Origin: an uncultured Bacilli bacterium
Lineage (GTDB): Bacteria > Bacillota_I > Bacilli_A > RF39 > UBA660
NCBI GenBank assembly: GCA_934148015.1
Contig: CAKPCU010000002.1
Coordinates: 30,672 to 94,671, forward strand
Direction: 5' to 3'
DNA: 64,000 bases
In this document: positions 47,906 to 56,569 of the stretch, piece after piece
Layout: the number at the start of each line of letters is the position of its first letter
Position numbering within the stretch: the first letter of the stretch is position 1
Translations under genes and position numbers: made by a program
Notes under the pieces: generated by a model
Databases searched by the model: none
The model's input: only the letters and a program-made list of their open reading frames with translations
What the model was told of the DNA's origin: nothing

Positions 47906-49108
47906 TTATTTTTTTAAACTATTTTTACTAGCTATTATAACTGGTACAACCTTGCATGTTTTGTCTTTTGATACCATATTTATACTTGATGTATCATTAT
48001 CTATTTTAGCTAAACTATAAGCAAATGTACTATTATCATGTCCATCTAAAAAGTAACATGTATTACTAGCTAGATATAAAAATGTACTATTTTTAAATAC
48101 ATAAGAAGCATTATTATTAGAATTATTATCTAATATGGTAGATGCCCTTGTTTTATAATCTACTTTTCCAAGTATTAAATCTGAAAGTCCTTCTTTTTTT
48201 ATAATAGTATTATCTATATCAGTTGAAATAACTTTTAATACATCTTCTACACTTAATTTTCTAGTATTAGCACTCCAACTTGATATTATATTGTTATATA
48301 ACGAATCACTATTATAAAATGTATTTTCTAAATAATTATTATCAAAACTTGGTAATAATGTAACAGTATCATCTGCTATTTTATTTTTTGTATCAATAAC
48401 ATGAGTTTTAATACATGTACTACTTATGTTATTGCATGCTTTATTATCTTTAACATCATATAAAATAAGTTTACCAAGGTCATAGTTATGATCTAATTCA
48501 TTTTCATCATCTTCTATAACCTGCTCTGCAATTAAACTTATTCCAAGTTTTATTAATGGAGATGAATTATTTGTATCTTTTTGATATTGATAAGCCTTAT
48601 TTCCCCATAAACTATCTAATTTATCATCACCAGAGTCAAGTGGCCAAGAAACAGATATTTTAAACCTATTTTCTTCACCCTTTAGTAGTACATTATTTCT
48701 ATCTAGTCCAATATTTATATGAAATGGATAGTTATGTGCTATAACATCTTCTATATAATCTGATGTGGTATCTAATGATGATGTCATATTATCTTCATTT
48801 AGTATTTTAACATATTCTATTTTATATTTAATACTTGCATCAGAATCACCTTTATTATTTATTACTATTTCTTCTTTATTCGTTTCCATGCCAGGCTTTA
48901 CATCATCAAGTGATATTACTATATCTTTTGTTGCAACCTCTTCTCCTCTTTTAAACTCTATATACCATGATTTTACAGTAACATCAGTATCTACCTTTGA
49001 TAATCCGCTATATGCAAACCAAGCAAGAGTAACTGAAATAAATGAAATAACCATAAATGTAATAGACATAATGCTAAGTCTTATATTAACTTTTCTTCTT
49101 TTATCCAT
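47906..49108 (-). CDS. Secreted TasA/camelysin-like protein (400 aa) with a SipW-cognate-type signal
   Basis: The N-terminal helix ends in VTLAWFAYS. It is followed by ISLDDVKPGMETNKEEIVINNKGDSDASIKYKI, resembling the TasA-type LKPGD...N.G strand pattern. Confidence 0.6.
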   Translation of the reverse strand: MDKRRKVNIRLSIMSITFMVISFISVTLAWFAYSGLSKVDTDVTVKSWYIEFKRGEEVATKDIVISLDDVKPGMETNKEEIVINNKGDSDASIKYKIEYVKILNEDNMTSSLDTTSDYIEDVIAHNYPFHINIGLDRNNVLLKGEENRFKISVSWPLDSGDDKLDSLWGNKAYQYQKDTNNSSPLIKLGISLIAEQVIEDDENELDHNYDLGKLILYDVKDNKACNNISSTCIKTHVIDTKNKIADDTVTLLPSFDNNYLENTFYNSDSLYNNIISSWSANTRKLSVEDVLKVISTDIDNTIIKKEGLSDLILGKVDYKTRASTILDNNSNNNASYVFKNSTFLYLASNTCYFLDGHDNSTFAYSLAKIDNDTSSINMVSKDKTCKVVPVIIASKNSLKK

Positions 49109-49136
49109 TTACTCCTCCTTGATAATATTTATTTTG

Positions 49137-49697
49137 TTATTTACTTCTTCTTTTTTCTTCTTTTTCTAACATAAATGACAATATCTCTGAACCTATTACA
49201 TAAAATAATGGTATTATTACGAATATTAACATTCCATATTTAGTACTAACTATTTTATAAATAAGTGATAATAATTTTACTTTATATACTACAACACCAT
49301 ATAATTGATCTTGATAAACTAATGGATCTTCTACTAAGTTAGCAGTACCTTTAGTTCTAAATACATATTTACCCTTTTCATCTTTTTCTATTCCAACAAC
49401 TTTATGTGTTATAACTTTATCTCTAAAGCTTCCAGCTCTACCTAAATAACTAATAGTATCTCCTACTTTTATTTTAGAAGCATCAGTTTCTTTTGATATT
49501 AAAACATCTCCTATATCATAAGTAGGCTTCATACTTCCAGATACAACGGTAAACATTCTAAGATTGAAAAATGATAATTTATTATTACTAAATCTTTGTA
49601 ATACAACTACTATTACAAATAGTATAACTAAAAGTGCTATAACAAAGTTTAAAACACTTTTAACTATTTTTAATCCTTTATTTTCCTTCTTTTCCAT
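49137..49697 (-). CDS. sipW: Signal peptidase I, SipW/Sec11 (ER-archaeal) type
   Basis: 186 aa: N-terminal TM helix, VVSGSMKPTYDIGD (Ser), ITHKVVG (His), TKGTANLVEDP, and a C-terminal TM helix. Confidence 0.8.
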   Translation of the reverse strand: MEKKENKGLKIVKSVLNFVIALLVILFVIVVVLQRFSNNKLSFFNLRMFTVVSGSMKPTYDIGDVLISKETDASKIKVGDTISYLGRAGSFRDKVITHKVVGIEKDEKGKYVFRTKGTANLVEDPLVYQDQLYGVVVYKVKLLSLIYKIVSTKYGMLIFVIIPLFYVIGSEILSFMLEKEEKRRSK

Positions 49698-49700
49698 AAA

Positions 49701-50831
49701 TTATAAATAATCCTTTATCCTTTCCATATATTCATCCATTTCTTTTTTAAACTTTCTTTTTACCGCATCACTACCACTAGACTGTATTTTCTTTTGTTTC
49801 TTTATTTCATCTGAAATAAATCTCATAAACTCATTTTCATCTATTTTAATACCAAGAGACATTAGTAAAGAAATTATTTTATCTATTTCTTCTGCACACA
49901 TAAGTATTGCATATTTAGATAATTTTTCTTTTTGCTCTTTCTTTGATGCAGCGATAGAATCTAAAACAAAATAATTCATTAAGAAAGATCTATCTAAAAA
50001 AACTTTAATTATATTATTTCCATCAGTATCAAAATTTTCTTTTAAATTCTTAGTATCATTTAAATAATAATTTCTTAAATAATCCCATAGTTTAACAGCT
50101 ATTTGGAAGTTAGGATTCTTAAGTATAATATTTGTCTTTTTAACTTGTGAATTAATAAGTGTTATATGAGCTTTATCTAAAGCTTTAACCATTTCACTTC
50201 TCTGCCAACTTGTAATATATTCTTTTACCCTTTTTATTCTTTGTTTAATATTTTCTATTTCTTCTTCTATATTTTTATTAGTATCATCATTAGGTATTGA
50301 AGTAGAAGTTATTTTAAGTGATATATCTACTTTTTCTTTTAACGTAGTAGTATCAGCTTTATATTCTAATACTTTCTTATTATTTACTTCTAGCTCATTA
50401 AGCAAATCTTCTTTTTCTAATATAAATTTATTCATTGTATATATAAGAGAATATAAAAATCTATTTTCATATATATTATAAGTTTCTTCATTTCTTATAT
50501 CTAGTATTTTTTTAGGCTCTATATCTTTTGTTTTTTCATTTAATTTTGAAATGTAATTAGTATGTCTTGCTAAATCTTTTACACTTGCAACAGTTATCTT
50601 TTTGGCTTTTTCAACTTTAACTACCATTTCTTCTTGAACTAAAGCCATTTTTGGATTTCTAACTATTATATCAATAAAAGGACAAGCTTTTTCCATCTCA
50701 TCCATCCATTCAAAAGAAAGGGAATCTCCTAAAAAGTCAGATTTAAAGTGCATATCAGAATTAGTATTTTTCAAAAAAACTTTTGAATTTTCATTTAATG
50801 TTTCATCAACTAAGTTTTCTAATTTAGCCAT
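49701..50831 (-). CDS. Cytoplasmic partner of the AAA+ protein; McrC-N/DUF2357-like region, no PD-(D/E)xK nuclease motif found
   Basis: 376 aa. ETYNIYENRFLYSLIYTM resembles the ENRF(L/V)K element of McrC/DUF2357 proteins. The gene is tightly packed (gaps of 18 and 3 nt). Confidence 0.45.
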   Translation of the reverse strand: MAKLENLVDETLNENSKVFLKNTNSDMHFKSDFLGDSLSFEWMDEMEKACPFIDIIVRNPKMALVQEEMVVKVEKAKKITVASVKDLARHTNYISKLNEKTKDIEPKKILDIRNEETYNIYENRFLYSLIYTMNKFILEKEDLLNELEVNNKKVLEYKADTTTLKEKVDISLKITSTSIPNDDTNKNIEEEIENIKQRIKRVKEYITSWQRSEMVKALDKAHITLINSQVKKTNIILKNPNFQIAVKLWDYLRNYYLNDTKNLKENFDTDGNNIIKVFLDRSFLMNYFVLDSIAASKKEQKEKLSKYAILMCAEEIDKIISLLMSLGIKIDENEFMRFISDEIKKQKKIQSSGSDAVKRKFKKEMDEYMERIKDYL

Positions 50832-50849
50832 TTATATCCCTTCCCTTTA

Positions 50850-52358
50850 TTATATACTCTTCTTTAATGTTTCTAGGTAAGATATACATTCTTTCATTAC
50901 ACCTTTACCTACCCTTTTATTTAAATATGATATAAAAGGATCTATTTCATCTCTAATAAATGAAACACTTAATTGATCAAATTTTCTAAGTATTTTCTTA
51001 GCTAAAAAGTAATCAATTCCTTCTATTTCACTACCACCACATCCAACATATACTGGAACGAAAGTATTAAGTTGTTTCATAATACGATTACCAAATGATA
51101 TTCTAAAGTGCTTTATTACATAATCATCCATTTCACTAACTAAATCTAAGTTTGCTTTTGAAACAGGATGTTTTTCAATTGCATCTTGAAATAAACTTTC
51201 TAAATAACTAGAATTTATTTCTAATGCTTCTTGATCTCTGCATTCAAAAGGATCTACCTTAGTATTTATATCAAGTGGCATAGCACGGTCATAAACTTTA
51301 TCTGTTACCATGAATGTTGAATCATCATTATTTATAGTACCAATATACCAAAGGTTTCCTGGTAATTTAAGTTTTCCATTTGGAATTTTCTTTGGATCTT
51401 TTTCCCAACTACTTGGTACTATATCAATTATCCATTCATCTCTATTAGGCATTTCAAGGATTGATAAAAGGTCCGCAAAGTAATATTCTACTCTAGCTAA
51501 GTTCATTTCATCTAGTATGATTGTATGAACATTATCATCAAACGATGCTGTGTATATCTCACCTAATGCCTTTGTTTCAGTAAACTTCTTAGTAAACTCA
51601 TTAAAGTATCCTAAAAAGTCTGATCTATCTCTCCAAGATGGTTCAACAGAAACAACACAAGAATCTACTTTAACAAACTTACCCCAAGCGTACGCAAGTG
51701 ATGTTTTACCAGTACCAGAAATACCTTGTAATATAATTAACTTACCACAAGCTAGTCCTGCAAAAAATGGTCTTAATATATCAAAATCATAATATAATTT
51801 TAATTTACTTGCAGCAAAACATCTAAAGTCATCTATTATTTCGGTTAAACTTTCACTATTGTTATATTTTTTAACTTTATAATTAGCTAATGCTTCATCA
51901 ATAGAAACAAGCTTTGGAAATCTTATATTTGGATCTCCTTTTATTTCATCTGAAACGTCATCAGCTTCTTCATCTTCTTTTTCCTCTTCATTAGGATTAA
52001 TACCTAACTGAGAAACTTTCATTGCCATTATCTTTTCTTTTTCTTTCATAAGTTGTTTAACTTGTTCATTTAAATTACCAATTTCATTTAATAATTCATC
52101 TTTATTTAATTTTCTATTAGCTTTTCTAATCATCTTTTTAATAAATAAAACTATAAGTCCAATTACTAATAAAACAATTATAACAAGAAAAGCAATACCT
52201 ATGTATAAAAAAGACTTTTCTCCTTTACTAAAGCTTCCACTATAACTATCTATTATTTTAGCATAAGCTTTAAAATCAAACATCTTTTTTATACCGCCAA
52301 ACAGCCCTTCAAAAAAGACAGAAAGAAATTCATAAAAGAATCTTAAAAACGTATTCAT
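50850..52358 (-). CDS. Membrane-tethered McrB-family (AAA_5/COG1401-like) AAA+ NTPase
   Basis: TM helix FLYIGIAFLVIIVLLVIGLIVLFI, then a coiled/acidic linker. Walker A is LQGISGTGKTS. McrB-type elements are ILDEMNLARVEYYFADLLSILE and WYIGTINNDDSTFMVTDKVYDRAMPL. Confidence 0.7.
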   Translation of the reverse strand: MNTFLRFFYEFLSVFFEGLFGGIKKMFDFKAYAKIIDSYSGSFSKGEKSFLYIGIAFLVIIVLLVIGLIVLFIKKMIRKANRKLNKDELLNEIGNLNEQVKQLMKEKEKIMAMKVSQLGINPNEEEKEDEEADDVSDEIKGDPNIRFPKLVSIDEALANYKVKKYNNSESLTEIIDDFRCFAASKLKLYYDFDILRPFFAGLACGKLIILQGISGTGKTSLAYAWGKFVKVDSCVVSVEPSWRDRSDFLGYFNEFTKKFTETKALGEIYTASFDDNVHTIILDEMNLARVEYYFADLLSILEMPNRDEWIIDIVPSSWEKDPKKIPNGKLKLPGNLWYIGTINNDDSTFMVTDKVYDRAMPLDINTKVDPFECRDQEALEINSSYLESLFQDAIEKHPVSKANLDLVSEMDDYVIKHFRISFGNRIMKQLNTFVPVYVGCGGSEIEGIDYFLAKKILRKFDQLSVSFIRDEIDPFISYLNKRVGKGVMKECISYLETLKKSI

Positions 52359-54367
52359 TATTCTCCCCCCACGTAATTTCCAGTTTTATTTAAAATATCA
52401 TCAAAGACAACTCTTTCTAATAATTCTTCTGGAATTGAATCATATATTACAGAAGATACATTTTTCTTAAGACCTACAAATATGTATTTAACTAAATATA
52501 AATCTTTCTTTTCTTTTTCATTTAAAGATTTTTCTTCTTCTAAACTTATTGCAAACTTAAAACCTATCTTCATTAATTTTTTAATTATTTTCTTATTTTC
52601 TCTAAATTCATTTTCTCTAATTAAAATAATTATACTATTTTTAACAAATTCATCATTTAGTTTTTCAATTATTTTATTTAGTTTATTTTCTTTTTCATAT
52701 AAGGTATTAGGTAAATATATAATGTATTTATCTTTAAAGTTAAATGAGAACATATTTTTAACTAATTTACTTAATAATAAGCTAACTAGTATAATTATTT
52801 TATCTTCTGCAATTACACCTTCACTATATGTTTTATCAACAATATAATCACTATAAGCTTTACTAAAAGTTATATTATGTTCTAGATTAATACCATGTAA
52901 ATCCTTTTTAGAAGTAATACCTTTAATGTTTAGCTCAAACATACCAGTTTCTAATTTTTCTAAACTTTGTTTAATCATACCAGTATGTATTTTTTGTAAC
53001 CTTATAATTCTATTTACATTTATTAGTATATCTTCTACTTCAGAATAATTTTTTATATATTTTAGTATCTCACTTTTATATAATTCTCTTTTAGCTTTTA
53101 TATCCATATCTACTAAACTGTAATGATCTAAACTAATAATAACATTAAATATAGATAAATACTTTTCTACTTTAAGTCCATACTTTAAGTCAGTACCCTT
53201 ATATTTTTTTATTAAATTAATAGCTTCTTCTTTCATTATATCTTTAGTTTTCTTAATAGCATTACGACCATTATACATCGTATTAACATCACCAGAATAA
53301 TTGTAATACTTTCCATCTATATAAGAATTTAATAATGACTCTTTAATAGTTGCTTCATTAACTTTTAGCTTCTTATCAGTATCTAAAATACTAATTATTT
53401 CATCTAATTCTAACTTTTTAATATAAATAGCTTTTTCTAAAATACTATTAAACTTTTTCTTTCTTTCATTTAGCATTTCTAAATTACTTTCTATAATAGA
53501 TGCATCATCTTCTTCATCCTTTTTATCTTCTAACGCTACTTTTTTTATAGACTCTTTATTATCATCAATAGAAGTTTCTGCAATCTTTAAATAAGTATTA
53601 TCAAGTTCTGTTTCATCAACATTTACCATTCTAAAGAACATAGTTTTATCCAAATCTTCAGGATTAGGTCTTGCCTCTATCTCTAAATTAAGATTATTAA
53701 CAGCCTCATCTTCTTCATCTATTTCTTTTTTATTATCTACTTTTAATTCTTTAATTATTTCTTCCTTGATAGGTTTTTTATCTTCTTTTATTTTTATATT
53801 AGATAATTTATCTTTTATTTTTTTTATAAAATCTTTTCTATTTGGTGATACTTTATCAATTAATTTATTAATCTTATTATCATTTGAATTAAGATTAGCT
53901 ACATAAACTATTAAAAGTAAAAGTATAATTATAAATGGATTAAATAAAGTCTTCTTAACAAATCCAAAATGAGGAAGTACTTTAACTACTTTACCAACTA
54001 TTTGTTTTTTACTTATTGCATCATCTTTAGTATTATTAGCATCACCTTTAGTAACGTAAGTATTCTTATAAGCTTCAACTACTCTATGTGTTATAAAATT
54101 CTTACCTTTTTTATACGTAACTACATCATTTAATGAGATATCATCTGTATATTTAACTATTATCCAGTCTCCTATATTTATTTCATTTTTCATACTACCT
54201 GTTTGAACTTCAAACAATGAATATCCAAAGAAGCTAGCATAATCATTTCCTAACACTTTTACTTCTATATTGTTATATATAAATACAATTAGAACAAATC
54301 CTAGTAAAAATATTAAAATATCTAAAATAACGTTTAACACTAACTCTTTAACACTTTTTTTGCTCAT
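52358..54367 (-). CDS. SipW-type signal peptidase I fused to a roughly 500 aa C-terminal extension
   Basis: N-terminal TM helix, QTGSMKNEINIGD (Ser), ITHRVVEAY (His), TKGDANNTKDD, a second TM helix (FIIILLLLIVYVANL), then a Lys/Glu-rich linker and a roughly 200 aa alpha/beta-looking C-terminal domain. Its stop overlaps the next ATG (TAATG). Confidence 0.75.
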   Translation of the reverse strand: MSKKSVKELVLNVILDILIFLLGFVLIVFIYNNIEVKVLGNDYASFFGYSLFEVQTGSMKNEINIGDWIIVKYTDDISLNDVVTYKKGKNFITHRVVEAYKNTYVTKGDANNTKDDAISKKQIVGKVVKVLPHFGFVKKTLFNPFIIILLLLIVYVANLNSNDNKINKLIDKVSPNRKDFIKKIKDKLSNIKIKEDKKPIKEEIIKELKVDNKKEIDEEDEAVNNLNLEIEARPNPEDLDKTMFFRMVNVDETELDNTYLKIAETSIDDNKESIKKVALEDKKDEEDDASIIESNLEMLNERKKKFNSILEKAIYIKKLELDEIISILDTDKKLKVNEATIKESLLNSYIDGKYYNYSGDVNTMYNGRNAIKKTKDIMKEEAINLIKKYKGTDLKYGLKVEKYLSIFNVIISLDHYSLVDMDIKAKRELYKSEILKYIKNYSEVEDILINVNRIIRLQKIHTGMIKQSLEKLETGMFELNIKGITSKKDLHGINLEHNITFSKAYSDYIVDKTYSEGVIAEDKIIILVSLLLSKLVKNMFSFNFKDKYIIYLPNTLYEKENKLNKIIEKLNDEFVKNSIIILIRENEFRENKKIIKKLMKIGFKFAISLEEEKSLNEKEKKDLYLVKYIFVGLKKNVSSVIYDSIPEELLERVVFDDILNKTGNYVGGE

Positions 54368-54405
54368 AAATACCCCTACCTTCTAGTATCATATCTTACT
54401 AAATT

Positions 54406-54434
54406 ATTTTATCATAATAAGATGCATATTACAA
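54406..54434 (-). promoter_or_regulatory. Candidate promoter of the five-gene cassette (TTGTAA, 17 nt spacer, extended -10 TGATAAAAT)
   Basis: Read on the minus strand. It lies between the upstream terminator and the RBS of 52358-54367. Confidence 0.45.
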
Positions 54435-54458
54435 CAAAATACGACTATTTTTTTAAAG

Positions 54459-54487
54459 AAAAAACTACCAGTATTCATAACTGATAG
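54459..54487 (-). terminator. Rho-independent terminator after the inactive peptidase paralogue
   Basis: Minus-strand reading: CTATCAGT, a 7 nt loop, ACTGGTAG (one mismatch), then TTTTTTC. Confidence 0.6.
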
Positions 54488-54500
54488 CAAATGCTTATTC

Positions 54501-55031
54501 TTAAGCCTCTTCTTTTGAACCATATTTTATTTCTACAATTAAAGCATATAATTCATAAATAAATATTAAAAATGATGGAAGTAAAACTATAAATAAGAAT
54601 CCCCATTTAGACTCTATTACTGATAAAAACGTACCAACATCATGATATACCTTTCCAGGTGTTCCAACAACGTAATTAATAGAATAAGTTGAACCATTTT
54701 CATACGTAATAGCTTGTTCTTGTTCATATATTTCACCAATCTTGCCATAGTCTATGCTAACAGATCCTTTAGCATCTACTTTATACGCAAAAACATTATC
54801 ACCAACTTTTAAGTTTTCTAACTTTTGTTTTTGAACTAAAACTAAATCTCCTTTTTTATAATCATTAGTAGAAATAGCTTCTTTTAAAATAACTAATGTT
54901 TTATCCCCAAACTCAGTAAGTCCATAATCATTATAATTTAATAATAACACTGTCATAAAAATAACAAATCCAAAGAATACAACTGCTAGTATTCCTAAAA
55001 ATATATTTTTAATAAGTTTTAATGCTTTCAT
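54501..55031 (-). CDS. SipW-fold paralogue lacking the catalytic Ser and His (pseudo-peptidase)
   Basis: Same N-terminal and C-terminal TM architecture and length as sipW. However, SGSM is replaced by LKEAIS, THKV by DYGKI, and TKGxAN by YENGST. Start at MKALKLI follows an AGGAGG RBS. Confidence 0.65.
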   Translation of the reverse strand: MKALKLIKNIFLGILAVVFFGFVIFMTVLLLNYNDYGLTEFGDKTLVILKEAISTNDYKKGDLVLVQKQKLENLKVGDNVFAYKVDAKGSVSIDYGKIGEIYEQEQAITYENGSTYSINYVVGTPGKVYHDVGTFLSVIESKWGFLFIVLLPSFLIFIYELYALIVEIKYGSKEEA

Positions 55032-55136
55032 AATACCTCCTATACTACTATCCAAAATTATATCATACTTTTAAAACCTTATCAATAATAATAATTTAAT
55101 AATTTAAATCTATAAATTTATAATATTTTATAATTG

Positions 55137-56012
55137 TCAATTATTTAAATTTATCTTAAAATCATTTTTATCATAGGTTTTACCTAAATCTGTTTTATAA
55201 AAAACTATCTTAATATTTTTATTACTATCTAAATCAAATGCAATTTTATTAATAAAATCATTAGAATCTTTAGATTCTTCTTTTAAATTGCTAGTCATAT
55301 CTACTCTTAATTTATCTGAGTCAAAATAAAGTGTATAAGTCTTTTTACTATCTAAAAGATTAGATACTATAACCTCTACTTTTTCATCGTAATTATTACA
55401 ATTAAGTGTAACATCATCATTAATATTTAGCTGCCTTGAAAGAGAAAACTTTCCCTTTAAAATCTTTTTATAAGGACTTGTTGATGTAACTATTATATTA
55501 ACTTCAGCATCATTTATCTTAGTGTTATCTAAGCTTACTAGATTAAAATAAAGTTTTGCTTCACTTTTATTATCAAGCCATTCATATCCATTTTTAATAC
55601 AATCATCAAGATTATTAATATCTGTTATAACATCAGAGGTAGTATTAAAACATACTTTAGATGAAGATAACGTGCCATTATAAGTACTATCATTATCATT
55701 TATAATACATTTATAATTACTATTATTAGTAGAACACTCTACTTTATAAGATATATCATAATCAGTTATTAATGAATCATTTAAATAGTTTTTAATATCA
55801 AAATATGTATTACTACCATCCCAAGCATTATTAACATTAGATACTTCTTCTAAATCAAGACTATTACTAGAAAAGTAAAAATCTTTAGACTTATAATAAT
55901 AGTTTAAAACGTTATTATAAGCATACTTAGCAAAGGATACACCATATGTTAAAACAAGTGTAAGTACTAATATTAATATAATCATAATTCTTATCTTGCC
56001 ACTTTTTTTCAT
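55137..56012 (-). CDS. Secreted protein (291 aa) with a SipW-cognate-type signal
   Basis: The N-terminal helix ends in VSFAKYAYN. It shares the NAWDGS element with the giant protein (NTWDGS). Confidence 0.55.
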   Translation of the reverse strand: MKKSGKIRIMIILILVLTLVLTYGVSFAKYAYNNVLNYYYKSKDFYFSSNSLDLEEVSNVNNAWDGSNTYFDIKNYLNDSLITDYDISYKVECSTNNSNYKCIINDNDSTYNGTLSSSKVCFNTTSDVITDINNLDDCIKNGYEWLDNKSEAKLYFNLVSLDNTKINDAEVNIIVTSTSPYKKILKGKFSLSRQLNINDDVTLNCNNYDEKVEVIVSNLLDSKKTYTLYFDSDKLRVDMTSNLKEESKDSNDFINKIAFDLDSNKNIKIVFYKTDLGKTYDKNDFKINLNN

Positions 56013-56019
56013 AATTCAC

Positions 56020-56562
56020 CTACTTTTGCCAGCTTTTTATTTCAATATCAATATAATCAGTTATATTTGAATAACTACTATCATTATAATCTTGTGGAAA
56101 ACTAATATTTAATCTATAATTATCATTAATTTTTTCATTATAAACCATTTCAAATACATCTGAATTACATACTAAAGCATTTTCTTCATTTCTACTATAT
56201 GTTTCATCACAAGTTAAAACTAAATTACTTTTATTACTCTCTTCTTTATATAAATTAATATTTAATGGAATAAAATGATAAGTTTTTATAGTTATTGTAT
56301 AATTTAAAGTAACATCACTACTATAATTTTCATTATTATTAGAAACAGTAAAGGTATAATCTTTTAAATCACCTGGTTTTAACTCATCTAACGAAATATT
56401 TATATTATCTGTTTTCTTCCCGTCAAAAACAAATGATGCTATTTTTTCATCATCACTTGTAAGTGATGCTTTAGAATTAAATTTAGAGTATGTTATACCT
56501 GATATAAATAAAGTACTAACTATTAAAATTACTAAAATAATTATTTTCTTTTTCATAATCAT
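56020..56562 (-). CDS. Small TasA/camelysin-like secreted protein (180 aa)
   Basis: The helix ends in ITYSKFNSK. It is followed by ISLDELKPGDLKDYTFTVSNNNE, a TasA-like pattern. Confidence 0.65.
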   Translation of the reverse strand: MIMKKKIIILVILIVSTLFISGITYSKFNSKASLTSDDEKIASFVFDGKKTDNINISLDELKPGDLKDYTFTVSNNNENYSSDVTLNYTITIKTYHFIPLNINLYKEESNKSNLVLTCDETYSRNEENALVCNSDVFEMVYNEKINDNYRLNISFPQDYNDSSYSNITDYIDIEIKSWQK

Positions 56563-56569
56563 ACTCCTT

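Noticed and set aside
49701-52358. Annotating the AAA+ pair as a classical McrBC type IV restriction system
   Set aside because: The AAA+ protein has a TM helix instead of a DNA-binding N-domain, and the partner shows no recognisable PD-(D/E)xK motif. Both genes are also translationally packed between signal peptidase genes.
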